A stretch of DNA of 63,795 bases, counting the filler, from Licmophora abbreviata (Eukaryota), in the NCBI GenBank assembly GCA_900291995.1. It is 10 parts of 10 records of this genome, joined end to end, with 100 filler letters (N's around TTAATTAATTAA, not from the genome) between each part and the next. Parts side by side here need not be neighbours in the genome. Positions count along the whole stretch, not along the records: positions 1 to 9,890 come from OLMU01000538.1; positions 9,991 to 25,217 come from OLMU01000541.1; 8 more parts are not named here. One strand, 5' to 3'. The notes under the pieces were generated by a model. It was not told the DNA's origin. It worked only from the letters and a program-made list of their open reading frames with translations, and made no database searches. The translations under genes were made by a program, and so were the position numbers. Position 1 is the first letter of the stretch. Each line of letters begins with the position of its first letter. Shown in pieces: positions 1 through 11,368 of this stretch.

Positions 1-527
1 CTATCCCTGAGGTCTGAGTGAGTCTCGTCACGTTGGAAGTTGCTAGAATATTCACCGCCGTCTGTACTGTTCCGAAACGAAGAAAGGAGATGGCGTCGTC
101 CGCTCCGGAGCGTGCAGCGTTATAATTCTCCACCGGAGACTGAGTGCGCCCTTCGCAGCACTCCTCCATGAGATTATGATGGCCTGCATACCGTATTGCG
201 CGCGCCGCTCCCACGAACCGACACTCGCTGCTCCTGCTGTTTGGGCTAGCACTGAAGGCGGCTGCTACTCTTCTTGGAAACCTGTCCGTTAACGTCGTCG
301 TCCTCATAGAGAACACTTCGCTAACGTGTTAACCATCTGTGTTTGGCTTATCAGGCCACTCAGCTACTAAATGAAAAACCACATTTATCAAATGACTTAT
401 ATATAAATTTGTATTTTTATATACAATAATACACCATAAATTCAGCATGCGTGAGTGCCGAGAGTGATGCCGTCGACTCGACTCGACTCGACTCACTCAC
501 TCTCTCATAGCTTCCGAAGACGACACA

Positions 528-1154
528 ATGAAGGCGACTCTGCGTATCTTACTCGTCTCCTTGTCCTGCATTGCTTTGGCTAGTGCCTTTGCACCGTTGG
601 GAAGTCGTGTTTTCACTCGCAGCCATACTTTTCTGCTTGCCAAACAGGCTCCAACTGACGATGCGGAGATTGAGCGGCGTGTCGCCCTCGTTCGAGCGGC
701 AGCTGTTGCTTCTGGACTAGTCCCTGCCACTCGTGCATCTGCGGGAAGTGCTCCTTTCTATCTAGAAAACAAGGTGGTTGCCTTGGAACGTCAGAATAAG
801 GAGACAAAGAATACGCAAGGAGCACCGGAAAAACACCTTCCGGAAGTGACTCTTAGCCGAAAGTCGATCGAGGTCAAGGTACCGCACGTAATGGATGCGG
901 AAAAGCCACACTTTATTGAATTCATCTGGCTCCAGAACCTTTCATACGAGGAGGGCACCCTTGCGAGCGTCGCGGCAGTCAAAGCGTTCAAACCTAGCGA
1001 CCCGTCTCCACCAACCCTCACGGTTGGGGTTGCCTCCGGACAGCTGAAATCCCTCGCGGGGCCGATTACTCAGGGAATGGTTCTCAAACCAATGTTGTAC
1101 TGCAATCTACATGGCCTCTGGGAAGGAGAACCCGTCACCATCAAGACCGTGTAG
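528..1154 (+). CDS. Plastid-targeted superoxide reductase (neelaredoxin/desulfoferrodoxin Fe-binding domain)
   Basis: Signal peptide ending LASA-FAP (diatom plastid motif). SOR motifs EKHLP, PHVM..HFIEFIW and YCNLHGLW supply 4 His + Cys ligands plus the EK pair. Confidence 0.85.
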   Translation: MKATLRILLVSLSCIALASAFAPLGSRVFTRSHTFLLAKQAPTDDAEIERRVALVRAAAVASGLVPATRASAGSAPFYLENKVVALERQNKETKNTQGAPEKHLPEVTLSRKSIEVKVPHVMDAEKPHFIEFIWLQNLSYEEGTLASVAAVKAFKPSDPSPPTLTVGVASGQLKSLAGPITQGMVLKPMLYCNLHGLWEGEPVTIKTV

Positions 1155-1578
1155 ACTTGAAACGTCTGGGACACTGGCTTCGAAGTATGATCATAGTAGC
1201 TAGCTAGCTATCGGCCAAGTGGACGATGCTAGCACTACTCTTCTCTAGTCGCGAGACGTCACGACTGCTAAAGACTACTTAGACTGCTATGATATATTAA
1301 GCAAATGTTGTATGGCTGGGCTATATCATACTGGTGATGCGAGTACTTAACCTGTTGTAACGAGTCGCGACCTGATACGACGTGCTAATCACGTCGCATG
1401 AAACGCGAACTCGCCGGATACCTTTTCATCCTTTATCTCTGCGGGAGCTCGTCACAATCAGCATGACGAAGACGAAGTCACGTTTCAAGTTTCAAGTTCC
1501 ATTCCAGTTTCAAGTTGACACTCAACGAGAGCAGACTGTGTGTGGTGACGGAAGGCGCTATTGTCGACATGTTGAGCG

Positions 1579-4071
1579 ATGAAGTTCGTTGCTCTCGTAT
1601 CAGGAGGAAAGGACTCCATCTATTCGATTGTGGAGTGTATTCGAAACGGCCATGAGCTCGTTGGCTGCGTTCATTTGGGCCCGCCGACTCAGAATGACGA
1701 AGAATCTTTCATGTACCAGTCGGCCGCCAGCGAAGTGCTCCCAACTCTGGTCGAAGACTGCATGGGCGTTCCTCTTGTACTGCACCGTCGCGCTGGAACT
1801 AGTGCGAATACATCGTTGGTCTACCATCCGAATTTGTCGGAGAAGGACGAAGTCGAAGACATGTTTCAGGCTCTCAGGGATGCCAAACATCGCTTCCCAG
1901 ACATTCAAGCCGTCAGTTCGGGAGCCATCTTGAGCACGTACCAGCGAGTACGGATAGAGGACGTCTGCGCTAGATTAGGATTAACGTCTCTCTCGTATCT
2001 TTGGAGAATCGCTCCTCAACATGATTTGCTGAAACGCATGCTCGACGATGGAATTTCCGCTGTTCTCGTCAAGACGGCATGCCCGCCCGGTCTCGTGCCT
2101 CGAAAGCACTTGAACAAAACCTTGGGAGATCTCTATAACTCGGGACTTTTTGAGAAGCTGCACGACAAGTATCAGTTTCATATGTGTGGAGAGGGAGGAG
2201 AGTATGAGTCGCTTGTTCTAGATTGCCCCCTGTACAAGAAAAGACTGGTGCTCGACGAGGTAGAAATCGTCGAAGAGAACGACGACGGCGTCGGCGAACT
2301 TGTGATCATGCGCTGCCACGCAGAAACAAAAGAACAAATGGGAGTAACAGTAGACTGTGTCGCAGATAGCATGGCTTTATCAGAAGAGGCGTCACCAACC
2401 GAAACCGAAAATGCTTCCTCGACTTCGTCGCCGCTCGTTGGATACATGCCTCGAGTGCGTCAGGTCTCTGGTGGACTCTTGCACGTTTCCGAATTGATGA
2501 GCCCAAGCCCAGGAAGTGCTCAGGACGAGCATGCGTCCGAGAGCGATCTAGCGGTAAGGGAGGCACTGGCTACTTTCCGGCTGTTGCAAAAGACGTTGGC
2601 TGAACATGGAGCGACGGCGCAAGATGTAATTTTGGTTCACTTATATCTTTCTGAGATTTCACATTTCGGCGGTATCAATGCCCACTATCGCAGATTCTTT
2701 GGTACCCTGCTTCCACCATCCCGAAGCTGCGTGGCAGTTGGGAAGGGGGTCCTGCCTGGTGGGCGTCGCGTCCTCCTGGACTGCATTGTGCAGCTCGGAA
2801 GTGGCTCATATATGCGCTCGACGAACGGCGAAAATCCGTATGCCGCGGCGGCCGCCCTGACCAAAACATCCTGTCTACGTCAAGTACTGCACGTACAGTC
2901 GATTTCCTACTGGGCACCAGTGTGCGTAGGACCATATAGTCAAGTGAATACACTACGCTCGGGGGTGCACTTCCTGGCGGGACAGATTGGGCTGGTCCCA
3001 GAGACAATGACACTGCGAAAGACATGGTCAGACCAGTTGGACCAGTGCTGGACGAACGTGGCGCGGGTGTTAGATGCGCTTGATGGAGGGTCGCTTGATG
3101 ACATGCTATCATGCCTAGTTTATGTGTCCAGTCGAATCGTCTCGCGGCGTGACGACTGGAAGAAGATGGCGGAGCTTTCGAGGCGTCAGATATTGGCCAA
3201 CGGTGGCGTGAGTACGGGTGTCGTCGACGCGAGCCCCGCGTCTCCGTCAACAGCCTTTGACGGTTATGAGGACGAAGAGACGTGGCGAGAGCTTTCAGAG
3301 CCGAAGTTGAATACTGAGTCATCGCCACCTGCGATGCTGTTCGTGTCGATCCCTGAGATGCCGATGGGTGCTCTCGCGGAGGTCGAGGTCGTCTGCGCAA
3401 GTCGTCGAGCCGCTGATGGTCTAGCCTTGACGTCAATGGGTCCCGCGGCTTACGAGCACACAACGTCCGACACCGACAATTCTGTCGTAAGATGGGAGTC
3501 CGGTCACGCATTCGAGGTTGGGACCGCTTCGATTGCCACCCCCTTCTCGATTCTCACTTCGATGCGCTCATTGGGACACGGGTGTATCGCAATGGCGACA
3601 GTCTCCGCCTCGACGGCGGAACCGGCCACGGAGAAATCAGGAGACCTAAACGTTGACACAGAAGTTCTCCTGTACGACATGTTGGCTTCGCTGAATGACT
3701 CCAAGTCGTCCATCGGACTAACGGTCGACGATATTCTTCATGTTCGCTTGTACTACCGCTGGGCAGGAACGAGCTTGGGGGAGACTGGAGATTCTACTAG
3801 TACCACGAACGACGGTATTCAAATTCGGACCGCTCTATCGTCGGTGCTTGCTTTATTCTGCTCGATGAGCATGGGCCGTCGGTGCGCCCCGATTCCGGCT
3901 TACTCGGTTGTTCCAGTTCACAACCTGCTCGTCATTCATTCTCGGCACAACGCCACGACATCTGAGACGACCACCGTTGTTGCCATGCAGGTGCTGTTCG
4001 TCAATCCCGTTCATCTGGAAACTGAAATGTGGGTGCATTGCGATCGAAGCAAAGGCGAGCTGATCCTGTGA
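1579..4071 (+). CDS. DPH6: Diphthine-ammonia ligase with C-terminal RidA/YjgF-like domains
   Basis: N-terminal SGGKDS PP-loop, GAILSTYQRVR and CGEGGEYESLVLDCP. RidA-like part has LHVQSISYWAPVCVGPYSQ and AGQIGL. Intronless 830-aa ORF. Confidence 0.92.
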   Translation: MKFVALVSGGKDSIYSIVECIRNGHELVGCVHLGPPTQNDEESFMYQSAASEVLPTLVEDCMGVPLVLHRRAGTSANTSLVYHPNLSEKDEVEDMFQALRDAKHRFPDIQAVSSGAILSTYQRVRIEDVCARLGLTSLSYLWRIAPQHDLLKRMLDDGISAVLVKTACPPGLVPRKHLNKTLGDLYNSGLFEKLHDKYQFHMCGEGGEYESLVLDCPLYKKRLVLDEVEIVEENDDGVGELVIMRCHAETKEQMGVTVDCVADSMALSEEASPTETENASSTSSPLVGYMPRVRQVSGGLLHVSELMSPSPGSAQDEHASESDLAVREALATFRLLQKTLAEHGATAQDVILVHLYLSEISHFGGINAHYRRFFGTLLPPSRSCVAVGKGVLPGGRRVLLDCIVQLGSGSYMRSTNGENPYAAAAALTKTSCLRQVLHVQSISYWAPVCVGPYSQVNTLRSGVHFLAGQIGLVPETMTLRKTWSDQLDQCWTNVARVLDALDGGSLDDMLSCLVYVSSRIVSRRDDWKKMAELSRRQILANGGVSTGVVDASPASPSTAFDGYEDEETWRELSEPKLNTESSPPAMLFVSIPEMPMGALAEVEVVCASRRAADGLALTSMGPAAYEHTTSDTDNSVVRWESGHAFEVGTASIATPFSILTSMRSLGHGCIAMATVSASTAEPATEKSGDLNVDTEVLLYDMLASLNDSKSSIGLTVDDILHVRLYYRWAGTSLGETGDSTSTTNDGIQIRTALSSVLALFCSMSMGRRCAPIPAYSVVPVHNLLVIHSRHNATTSETTTVVAMQVLFVNPVHLETEMWVHCDRSKGELIL

Positions 4072-4163
4072 CGTACTCGCCATCGCTTATTGCCCACTAC
4101 TCGACTCCACCGACAAAACTTATTTAAGAAATAAGAGAGTATGAGGAACGTGTCATATGGCTA

Positions 4164-5237
4164 CTATAATTCGACATTCGTCTTTTCGTCATTCTGCTCA
4201 GTTTGCTTTCGTATTCGAAGCAAGATCTGATCATAGTAGTCATTCCACATCCACTGTGCATACAAATTGTTGTGATACAGAGGAGATTCTCGAGGAATCT
4301 CTCCAAGCTTGGCAAGCACATGCTTGTTACCAGTTGCCTTTTGTAGCTCGTAAGTATTCCATGGCTTGTAGTCGACGGGCCCCGCAAAGTCGTACGTGAC
4401 CACCTGCGACCAATCCACCCTCACATCTCTATCATCTAGGAAGCGGGGACGATCCGTATGAGAGCTGGCGACCATGGTGTGCTTGGGAAGTTGCATCCAC
4501 GTGCTGGAAAAGACGTGGTTTAACAGTGGCAGCTCTCCTTCGGGAGCATGATTCTGGGACGAAAAGCCTTGCAAGTAGTCAAAGACTCCCGTAGAAGGAC
4601 GAATCAAGAGTAGCGCTGTCTGAAAACCCTTCCCACAGGGCTCGACACTATCCGCTGGACATGGTTCAGGGACTGCTGCCAGGGACCGAAAGGCAGGGCG
4701 ATGTACATGGCGGAACAAGTGATCCGGATTGTTCATTGCGATGCCGTCGGCGTCGACGAAAAGAACAGCATGGTATTCGGTCATGTTCCAACAAGCGAAA
4801 TTGACACAGGTCCCCCAGTAGCGCTTGAGTCCGGGCGCCTGCTGTTCAATCTGTCGCTGCAAGTCTGGCGACACCCGACAGCGTAGTTCTGCGGACTCAA
4901 CGAGACGCACTCTCCACCCACCGACATGCTCCAAATGATCTATATCTTGGCTTGTTATATCAGAACGGGGGTCGTCAATAACTACCAGAGCGATGCGATC
5001 GCCAGAAGCCTCGACTTGATCCAAGGAATAGCCTAGAACCAAGGCTCCGGCCACGTACGCATGTGTTGAGACGAGTGTCACAATGGCATTCCTGTATTCA
5101 CGATCATCGCTGTTGCTGTTCGACTCGCTCTCAATCGCAACACAAGAAGAAACTCCAAGAAACAAGAGAAGCAGAGACACTACTAGTACCAAGTTTGCGG
5201 GCATAGTAGAGAGATGAGGCACCACACACCATGACAT
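4164..5237 (-). CDS. Glycosyltransferase family 8 (glycogenin-like), secretory pathway
   Basis: Hydrophobic signal peptide; motifs AIVTL..YVAGALVLGYSL, WNMTEY..VLFVDAD (DxD), LLIRPS and KPW; C-terminus NVEL. Start could be the second Met (MPANL). Confidence 0.8.
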   Translation of the reverse strand: MSWCVVPHLSTMPANLVLVVSLLLLFLGVSSCVAIESESNSNSDDREYRNAIVTLVSTHAYVAGALVLGYSLDQVEASGDRIALVVIDDPRSDITSQDIDHLEHVGGWRVRLVESAELRCRVSPDLQRQIEQQAPGLKRYWGTCVNFACWNMTEYHAVLFVDADGIAMNNPDHLFRHVHRPAFRSLAAVPEPCPADSVEPCGKGFQTALLLIRPSTGVFDYLQGFSSQNHAPEGELPLLNHVFSSTWMQLPKHTMVASSHTDRPRFLDDRDVRVDWSQVVTYDFAGPVDYKPWNTYELQKATGNKHVLAKLGEIPRESPLYHNNLYAQWMWNDYYDQILLRIRKQTEQNDEKTNVEL

Positions 5238-5990
5238 GGCAGAGTTAGCAACTTCCGCTGCGCACTACTCCGAGTACAGCACAATTTGGAATTGGGAAGA
5301 CGAAAACGTGCGCCCGAGGTACATTAAGAGAGAGAGACCGAAGTGCGCGCGCTGATGGCATCTCATTTTTGTACTGAAAATCGAAAAACCGTGTATTTAG
5401 CGCGAAAAACCACAGTTCAGTTCTGAATTCTGAATTCCGTGACACGTAACATGCGGAAAGAAGCTTGTTGCTGTACGACATTGAACATGTAGACTGACTC
5501 TAAAGCCAGGCCCATCACTCATGGGCCATATCATGCGACTTTCGCGTCGACTGGAGCGCGTGACCCTCGATTGGACTGATCCACTAGTTCGAGCGATGTC
5601 GCAACCCAGCGGAGTATCTTCGCAGCGTGCAAGAGTCATCGTTCCTCGTCGACGACACTGGCAACATGGAGTCGACACGTCCGATATCACCGTGTCCTAT
5701 CGTGGAGCAAGCTTGGAAGTCTCACAAATAGATAGATAGAGAGAGAGAGAAAGTGGGAGAGTCGAGCCCCACGGTTAAACGAGCATTGTGTCTAGCTGCA
5801 TCATCGAGACGTCCAAACCATGAGACTCTATAACGCACAGTCTTGTACCCCTGTGGGATCAACTTCAATGTTTGTTGCTCCAAAGAGCAAGAAACTGGAA
5901 TCCAAATCGATTCTTCCTTTCGCCGAGATCACAGAACGTGGACGCTTGCCTCCCGCTGGCACCCCCACGAGCATCCACCACAACGCAACC

Positions 5991-8900
5991 ATGTTCAATC
6001 CGTTTCGCGGTGTCGTTGACAGCTCACTCGACGATCGGTTCGACCACAAGATAGCCACTCAGTCCACCGAGACGACCGCGACTGACGATTTGACTCCGGA
6101 ATTCGCCGCAATTTCCAAGGAATTCAGCTCAGGATCCGAGGCCTACGATGACTTTCCTATCGTCGCAACGCCTGGTTACGGCCCGGACCGTTGGCCAGCG
6201 ATCGATAGCAATTTCGTTGACAATTGTGATGCAGCGAGTACCTCGCACAATACATGGACTAGTGACCTCACGTCGTCTACGTTGAGTACCAAGTTCACGT
6301 CGACTCTGTTCTCCAACAACCGAGTCGAGGTCACCGTGGAACCGGAAACACAGGATGAGATCCAGCGTGCCTTTTCCTTGTCTCCCATTATCTTTCCATT
6401 AGAATCGGAGGGGCCTACTGATGATAAGTCCAGATGGAAAAGGCGACCTTCCATGGTACGGATGCGGCTGCCTTCCAGAATGCATGGCCAGCGGAGAGCG
6501 AGCTTCCAGGCCTCAAGAAGTCATCATTCCAGCGTGCCGCTCCCACCAAGTCTAAGCAAGTGCATTTCGTCTCTTTCCCGAAGGACTCGTTCGAGCTTGA
6601 GGATGAAGCCTCTACGAACGGGGACGACTTTGTCGCTGTCCGAAACAAATTGCGAACAGTCGTTGGTAGAGGGGGCAGAAGAAGCGAACAGCATACCGAG
6701 CCTCGCCTGACCGGAAGCGCTTCAACATTCAATGCGGGATGTGATCCGTTCATGTTTGACGTCGATAACGACGCGTTCAGTAGCAATCGAATGCCTAGCG
6801 AGAAGCGCAACGAAGTCTTTGAGTCACAACGAAAAACTCCAGATTCAGTTCCACTTTGGAGAAAGGAGAGTCTGTCTGTACGGCAGCGGACGGAACCAAC
6901 CCGTGGCCCAATGGCAACCTTGTCTGCTCCTGACGCAAAGAAAAGGCAAGAGTTCGGCAGAACTGCTCGGGGTTCCGCTACAAGGCAGAGAAGTCCCAAG
7001 ACGTTCGCACCGCTCGAGACGAAAAACAAGCAGCTTGATCAAATGCGTGACAGTACACCAGCTTCTCATCAGGCAGTCGACTTCGCCAACGAATCTTCGT
7101 CTTTCTTTGCGACACTGCCGACGGAGCTTGCTGGCAAGGCACTTGTCCCAGTTGGAAAACAGCCTTCGTCGAACGGGCGCTTGAAGTTATCGGAAAAATG
7201 CATGGCACAGCTGCAGAAAACGGAACAGCACCCCAGAGAATCAGACAGCGCTCACAAGCCTGAATCCCATACCACTGGAGAAGCGATCTGGTCTACTCTC
7301 GAATCGAAAGACGATTGTGGAGAGAAGGTGCCCAAGGCTGATACTCCAGGCTCCTCAATTCGTGGCTTTGAGAAGTACCGCAAGATGCTAGATCTTGGAC
7401 TACCAATGGGAGCTGTCAATAATGCCATGCAGCGCGATGGTCTTGATCCTAACCTTCTCGAGAGTAGCACGGCAGACACCGCTCCAGACCTTGCAAAGTA
7501 CCACAAGATGTTGACTCTTGGCCTACCCATGGGAGCTGTCAGAAACGCCATGGTTCGAGACGGTGTCGACCCTGGCCTACTGGGCGGAGAGGGGGGCGCC
7601 ACCGGAAGCTCCGCTGCCGCTGCTCTCGTCGATCACAGAGTAAAGCGACCGAAAGACGCCTACCGGCGCACTCGCATTCATTGGGAAACGCACAATGTCG
7701 TTCGATCGAACACCGTGTGGGCAATGGTTGGTCGCGATCCCGATGTATCTGGAATGCGAGTCGACGAGGAAGAGTTTGTCCGGCTGTTCCGTGCGGAAGC
7801 GAACGTCACACGAAAGAAAGCAGAACCGTCACGTGTTGCAGATCACGGTGGTGTCAAACTCATCGATCCCAAGCGCGCGAATAACGGTGGTATTATTCTA
7901 GCAAGAATCAAGCTTTCTTACGAAGACATTGCACTTTCCGTGGACTCCCTGTAAGTTTGCTTTCCGTCTCTATCGCGAACCGTGATTGTACCGTAGTCTA
8001 GATACTTACGGGCGTTTCATTTGCTCTCAACTTTCAGCGACGAATCCGCTTTGACGCAGGAGCAGATCGCTGGGCTAAGTCAATACCTACCATCTGCAGA
8101 AGAAAGGAAAGCTTTAGTTGCTTACCTGAACAGAGATTCGAACGTCGACGTCGAGTCCCTGTGCGAGTGCGAGAAGTTTATGGTGGCCATGCTTGGCGTA
8201 CGGAAAGCCAAGCGCAAGCTAAACGCACTGCTCTTCATGCAGCGCTTTCAGTCAGGTGTGGAAGAGATTCGACATGGTAGGTACACACAAACTCCAGGAC
8301 AGTTTGGTGGACCGCTTCTTGTCGCGCAATTAGTGTACTTATGCATTTTCCCTATCCATGCAGACGCCAGGGTTGTACACAAAGCGTGCGACGAAATCAT
8401 GGGAGCAACTGGTCTTCGCAAGATACTCGGAATAGCTCTTGCTCTCGGAAATCGCCTGAACACCGCGGGGTCGACTGGCAAGACAGAGGCGACCGCAATA
8501 ACTCTCGAATCCCTTCTTAAGCTGAAGCAAGTCAAGGCATTTGACAAGGAGACGACCATCCTACAATGGATGGTAACAGTGATTCGACGAAGCAACGCAT
8601 CGCTTGTTCATTTCAAAGACGAGCTTGCGAGTGTGTTTGCGGCGAAGCTTATTCAGTGGGATCAGACGGTTGCTGAGCTTCGCAAGATCGAGACGCAGTT
8701 GGAGAGTGTTCGAAGACTGGCCCTGCATTGCAGCAGAGCACTATATGTCGCAACTGGCGCCAGATTCGAATACAGCGAGGTCGATTCTGCTACGCTTCGT
8801 AGCAATTTGTCAACTGCACTGGAGGACGAAGCCACCCTGCTGCGGACGACGCCAATAGGAATGTTCACTTTGGATGCACGTGTGAGAATGGCGACGGTGA

Positions 8901-9299
8901 CAGAAGAAGTCGAGGTTGCCAAGACCGCTTTCAATGCTTGTCTTCTCTATTTCGGAGAGGGGGATCGGCAACTCAGCCCGAGCGATGTGTTCGAGACCTT
9001 GTCTGTTTTCTGTGACGACTTCGAAACGACAAACTCATTTCTCGTCCAGCAAGAGAAGGCTCAAGTACGTGTTGAGGTATTGACATCGACGAAGTGGTCA
9101 TGCTCGCTCAGGATGAAAAGCTTACGCGGCCTCCTCTCTTATATAGGTTCGACGCGCAAAACGTGAGTGTCCCCACCATTCTAACACTGGGAAGGAAGAC
9201 TCGAAACCTCGACAAGTCGCCGTCGACGGCATCCTTGAGGAGCTTCGTGGGAAGACAAGTAGAAAGGGAACCCCGTGGCGACGACGCAGGCATCTCTAA
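5991..9299 (+). CDS. Formin (FH2 domain) with CCDC53/WASH-like YxKMLxxGLPxGAV repeats and a C-terminal DAD-like motif
   Basis: FH2 motifs IHWE..TVW, LIDPKRANNGGIILARIK, LALGNRLN and ITLESLLKLKQVKA. Introns about 7951-8037, 8277-8363 and 9065-9146. Last exon encodes VDGILEELRG..RRRR, stop at 9297-9299. The 5' part (5991-6450) is in a different frame and the join is uncertain. Confidence 0.85.
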
Positions 9300-9425
9300 A
9301 CACAAACATACCCTATACCTGTATTACGTGTCGAGATTGTTTGGCTTGGTGTACGATAGAGTTGTCGCGGTACTATGAAAATGAACTCGACCTAAACTAT
9401 GACGCTCCGTAGATTCCTATTCTTA

Positions 9426-10232
9426 TCACGACTCGACAAAGTAAAGCTCCAGCGGATCGATGAAATCTTTCGTCATGAGTTGCCCAAACGATGATGGGTA
9501 GAATTCTGTTACCTTGTCGCTCAGGGTGTTGACATCCTCCGGAATGATGCGAATGGTTCGTCGCTCTTCCTTTTCAAGTCTCTGTTCCTTGCTTGCAAGT
9601 ACCTTAACCTCGATCTTCCCCTCGCCAACGACGCGAATATCCGCGTCCCAGTCAGCAAGAACCGACACTCGCGCCCGCTCATCTTGAATCGTGACGGAAC
9701 TGCATCGTGCCCCATTTGCCGTCGGTGTCAACATGTGCGAGTTTGGAAAGGACGCGCCCTCTCTATTCTTTACCGGCAGTTCCATCTGGAACACAATATC
9801 TTCGTGGGTGTGATGCCTCCAAACTTCCAAAATCAAAATGTCCACGACGCCATCATGCAGCGTAACGGTTCGATGAACGGTGACTCCAGCNNNNNNNNNN
9901 NNNNNNNNNNNNNNNNNNNNNNNNNNNNNNNNNNTTAATTAATTAANNNNNNNNNNNNNNNNNNNNNNNNNNNNNNNNNNNNNNNNNNNNGCCCCCGGCG
10001 TGCTGTTCCCCAGCAAGGCGTCGGCTTTCAGTTCCAAGGAACTCAGTAGTCCGTCGTGTCCGACTGAATGAACATGAGATCCGATCAGAATGAGGACACA
10101 ACAATGAGAACCTACTAGAATTAGGAGCAAAGTGCGACAGACTCCCCATCGAATCCAAGGCTTTTGAACCAGAGAACGCTGCGTCATGCTTGCTGGCGTA
10201 TCACCATCATGGTCATCATCAGTTTTTGTCAT
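9426..10232 (-). CDS. Hypothetical type II membrane/secretory protein interrupted by an assembly gap
   Basis: N-terminal ORF with a hydrophobic anchor (RTLLLILVGSHCCVLILIG) runs into the gap, and an open frame resumes from the gap to the stop at 9426. Joining the two halves is inferred. Confidence 0.4.
9891..9990. other. Scaffold gap with artificial six-frame stop linker (first of nine: also 25218-25317, 29370-29469, 32364-32463, 40817-40916, 45561-45660, 50781-50880, 52799-52898, 57237-57336)
   Basis: Each is 44 N + TTAATTAATTAA + 44 N, identical every time. Confidence 0.97.
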
Positions 10233-10654
10233 GGCGCGCCGCGGTGATGACTGCTGGACAATATCCGATTTATCGGAGTTTGGAGCTCGCACACTCCTCA
10301 ACCACCAACCACACAGTGAGTGAGTCAAGTCTCTACCTGGTATCATACATCGCATGACGAGTTCGACAATCTTACAGGAGACCGCAGCACTCCTCGCCTT
10401 TAGATAGTCTACTACATAAGCCTTCCAGTGCTCACGATCAGGCTGTCGCTTCAGAAAGCGCAATGCGCGACCAAACGATCATTGCATCGACGCACGCAAC
10501 TCCAATGGCGCACCTCTCCTCTTCTTTAGAATTAATGCCAGACAGGGCTGGCTCCTCATCGAGAACAAAGTGGAGTAGAGTCACACGGGTGTCCAGATGC
10601 TAACATTCTTTATCGATACAATACTGTATATATCGGAGTGTATCGCCACATAGA

Positions 10655-11368
10655 CTAGGACGTGCCCGCGCATCCCTGCTCGAGAGCCAATGCAAGCAGC
10701 TTGTCTAGCTCCTTCTGAGTTCGACCGACTTTCTTGCGAAGGCCCCCAACTACCCGAGCCAATATTTCCTGTGCCTTGCTGGCTTCGTCGCTAGCAATCG
10801 CAAGTTTCGTCGCATCACGTTCCTTCTTGGCTTCCGCCAGGACAGCCAAGGCTTCCGCTTTTTCAGCGTCGAACGAAGCCAAGGCGTCTTCTAAATTCTT
10901 CTTGGCTTCCTCCAGAAACACCTTCATGGACGCAACCCTACCATTGATGCCTCCGCAGGCTTTTTCCAGCGCAGACTCCTCCTTGACTTTCCCGATCATC
11001 TCGAGAATGGACGACTGTAGGGCTTCTAGTTTCTCCTTAGCTTCATCAATCTTGTCCTGCGCAATTAGTGCATCCAAGTCGTCAGTCAGTTTCCGCTGGA
11101 CGTGGCTCGACGGCTCCTTTTAAGAAATTGGTAGACAAAAGGGAATAGAAATGAGGGTAAGTGTTGCCAAAGCAAACCTCGCATGGAGGAATATCGAAGG
11201 ATTTATATGACCAAAGCGATTGCGAAATATGCCTCCGAAAAGCGACAACAAATAGCGATGCCTTACCTGCTCGGCAGCTTGACGGAGGTGCGTCATCTGT
11301 CGCGACGCGATGCTGACAGGAGCGGTCGCGACGATGGCGAGCAGCACGAAGAGACCTGATAGCTTCAT
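10655..11368 (-). CDS. Secreted coiled-coil/alpha-helical protein of unknown function
   Basis: Signal peptide MKLSGLFVLLAIVATAPVSIA; GT-AG intron 11117-11266 joins in frame to an E/K/A/L-rich helical ORF. Confidence 0.7.

Noticed and set aside
1579..4071. DPH6-RidA fusion as a novelty
   Set aside because: This architecture is already known from fungal and plant Dph6.
9935..9946. Recurrent TTAATTAATTAA palindrome
   Set aside because: Always centred in N-runs; an artificial scaffolding linker, not biological.
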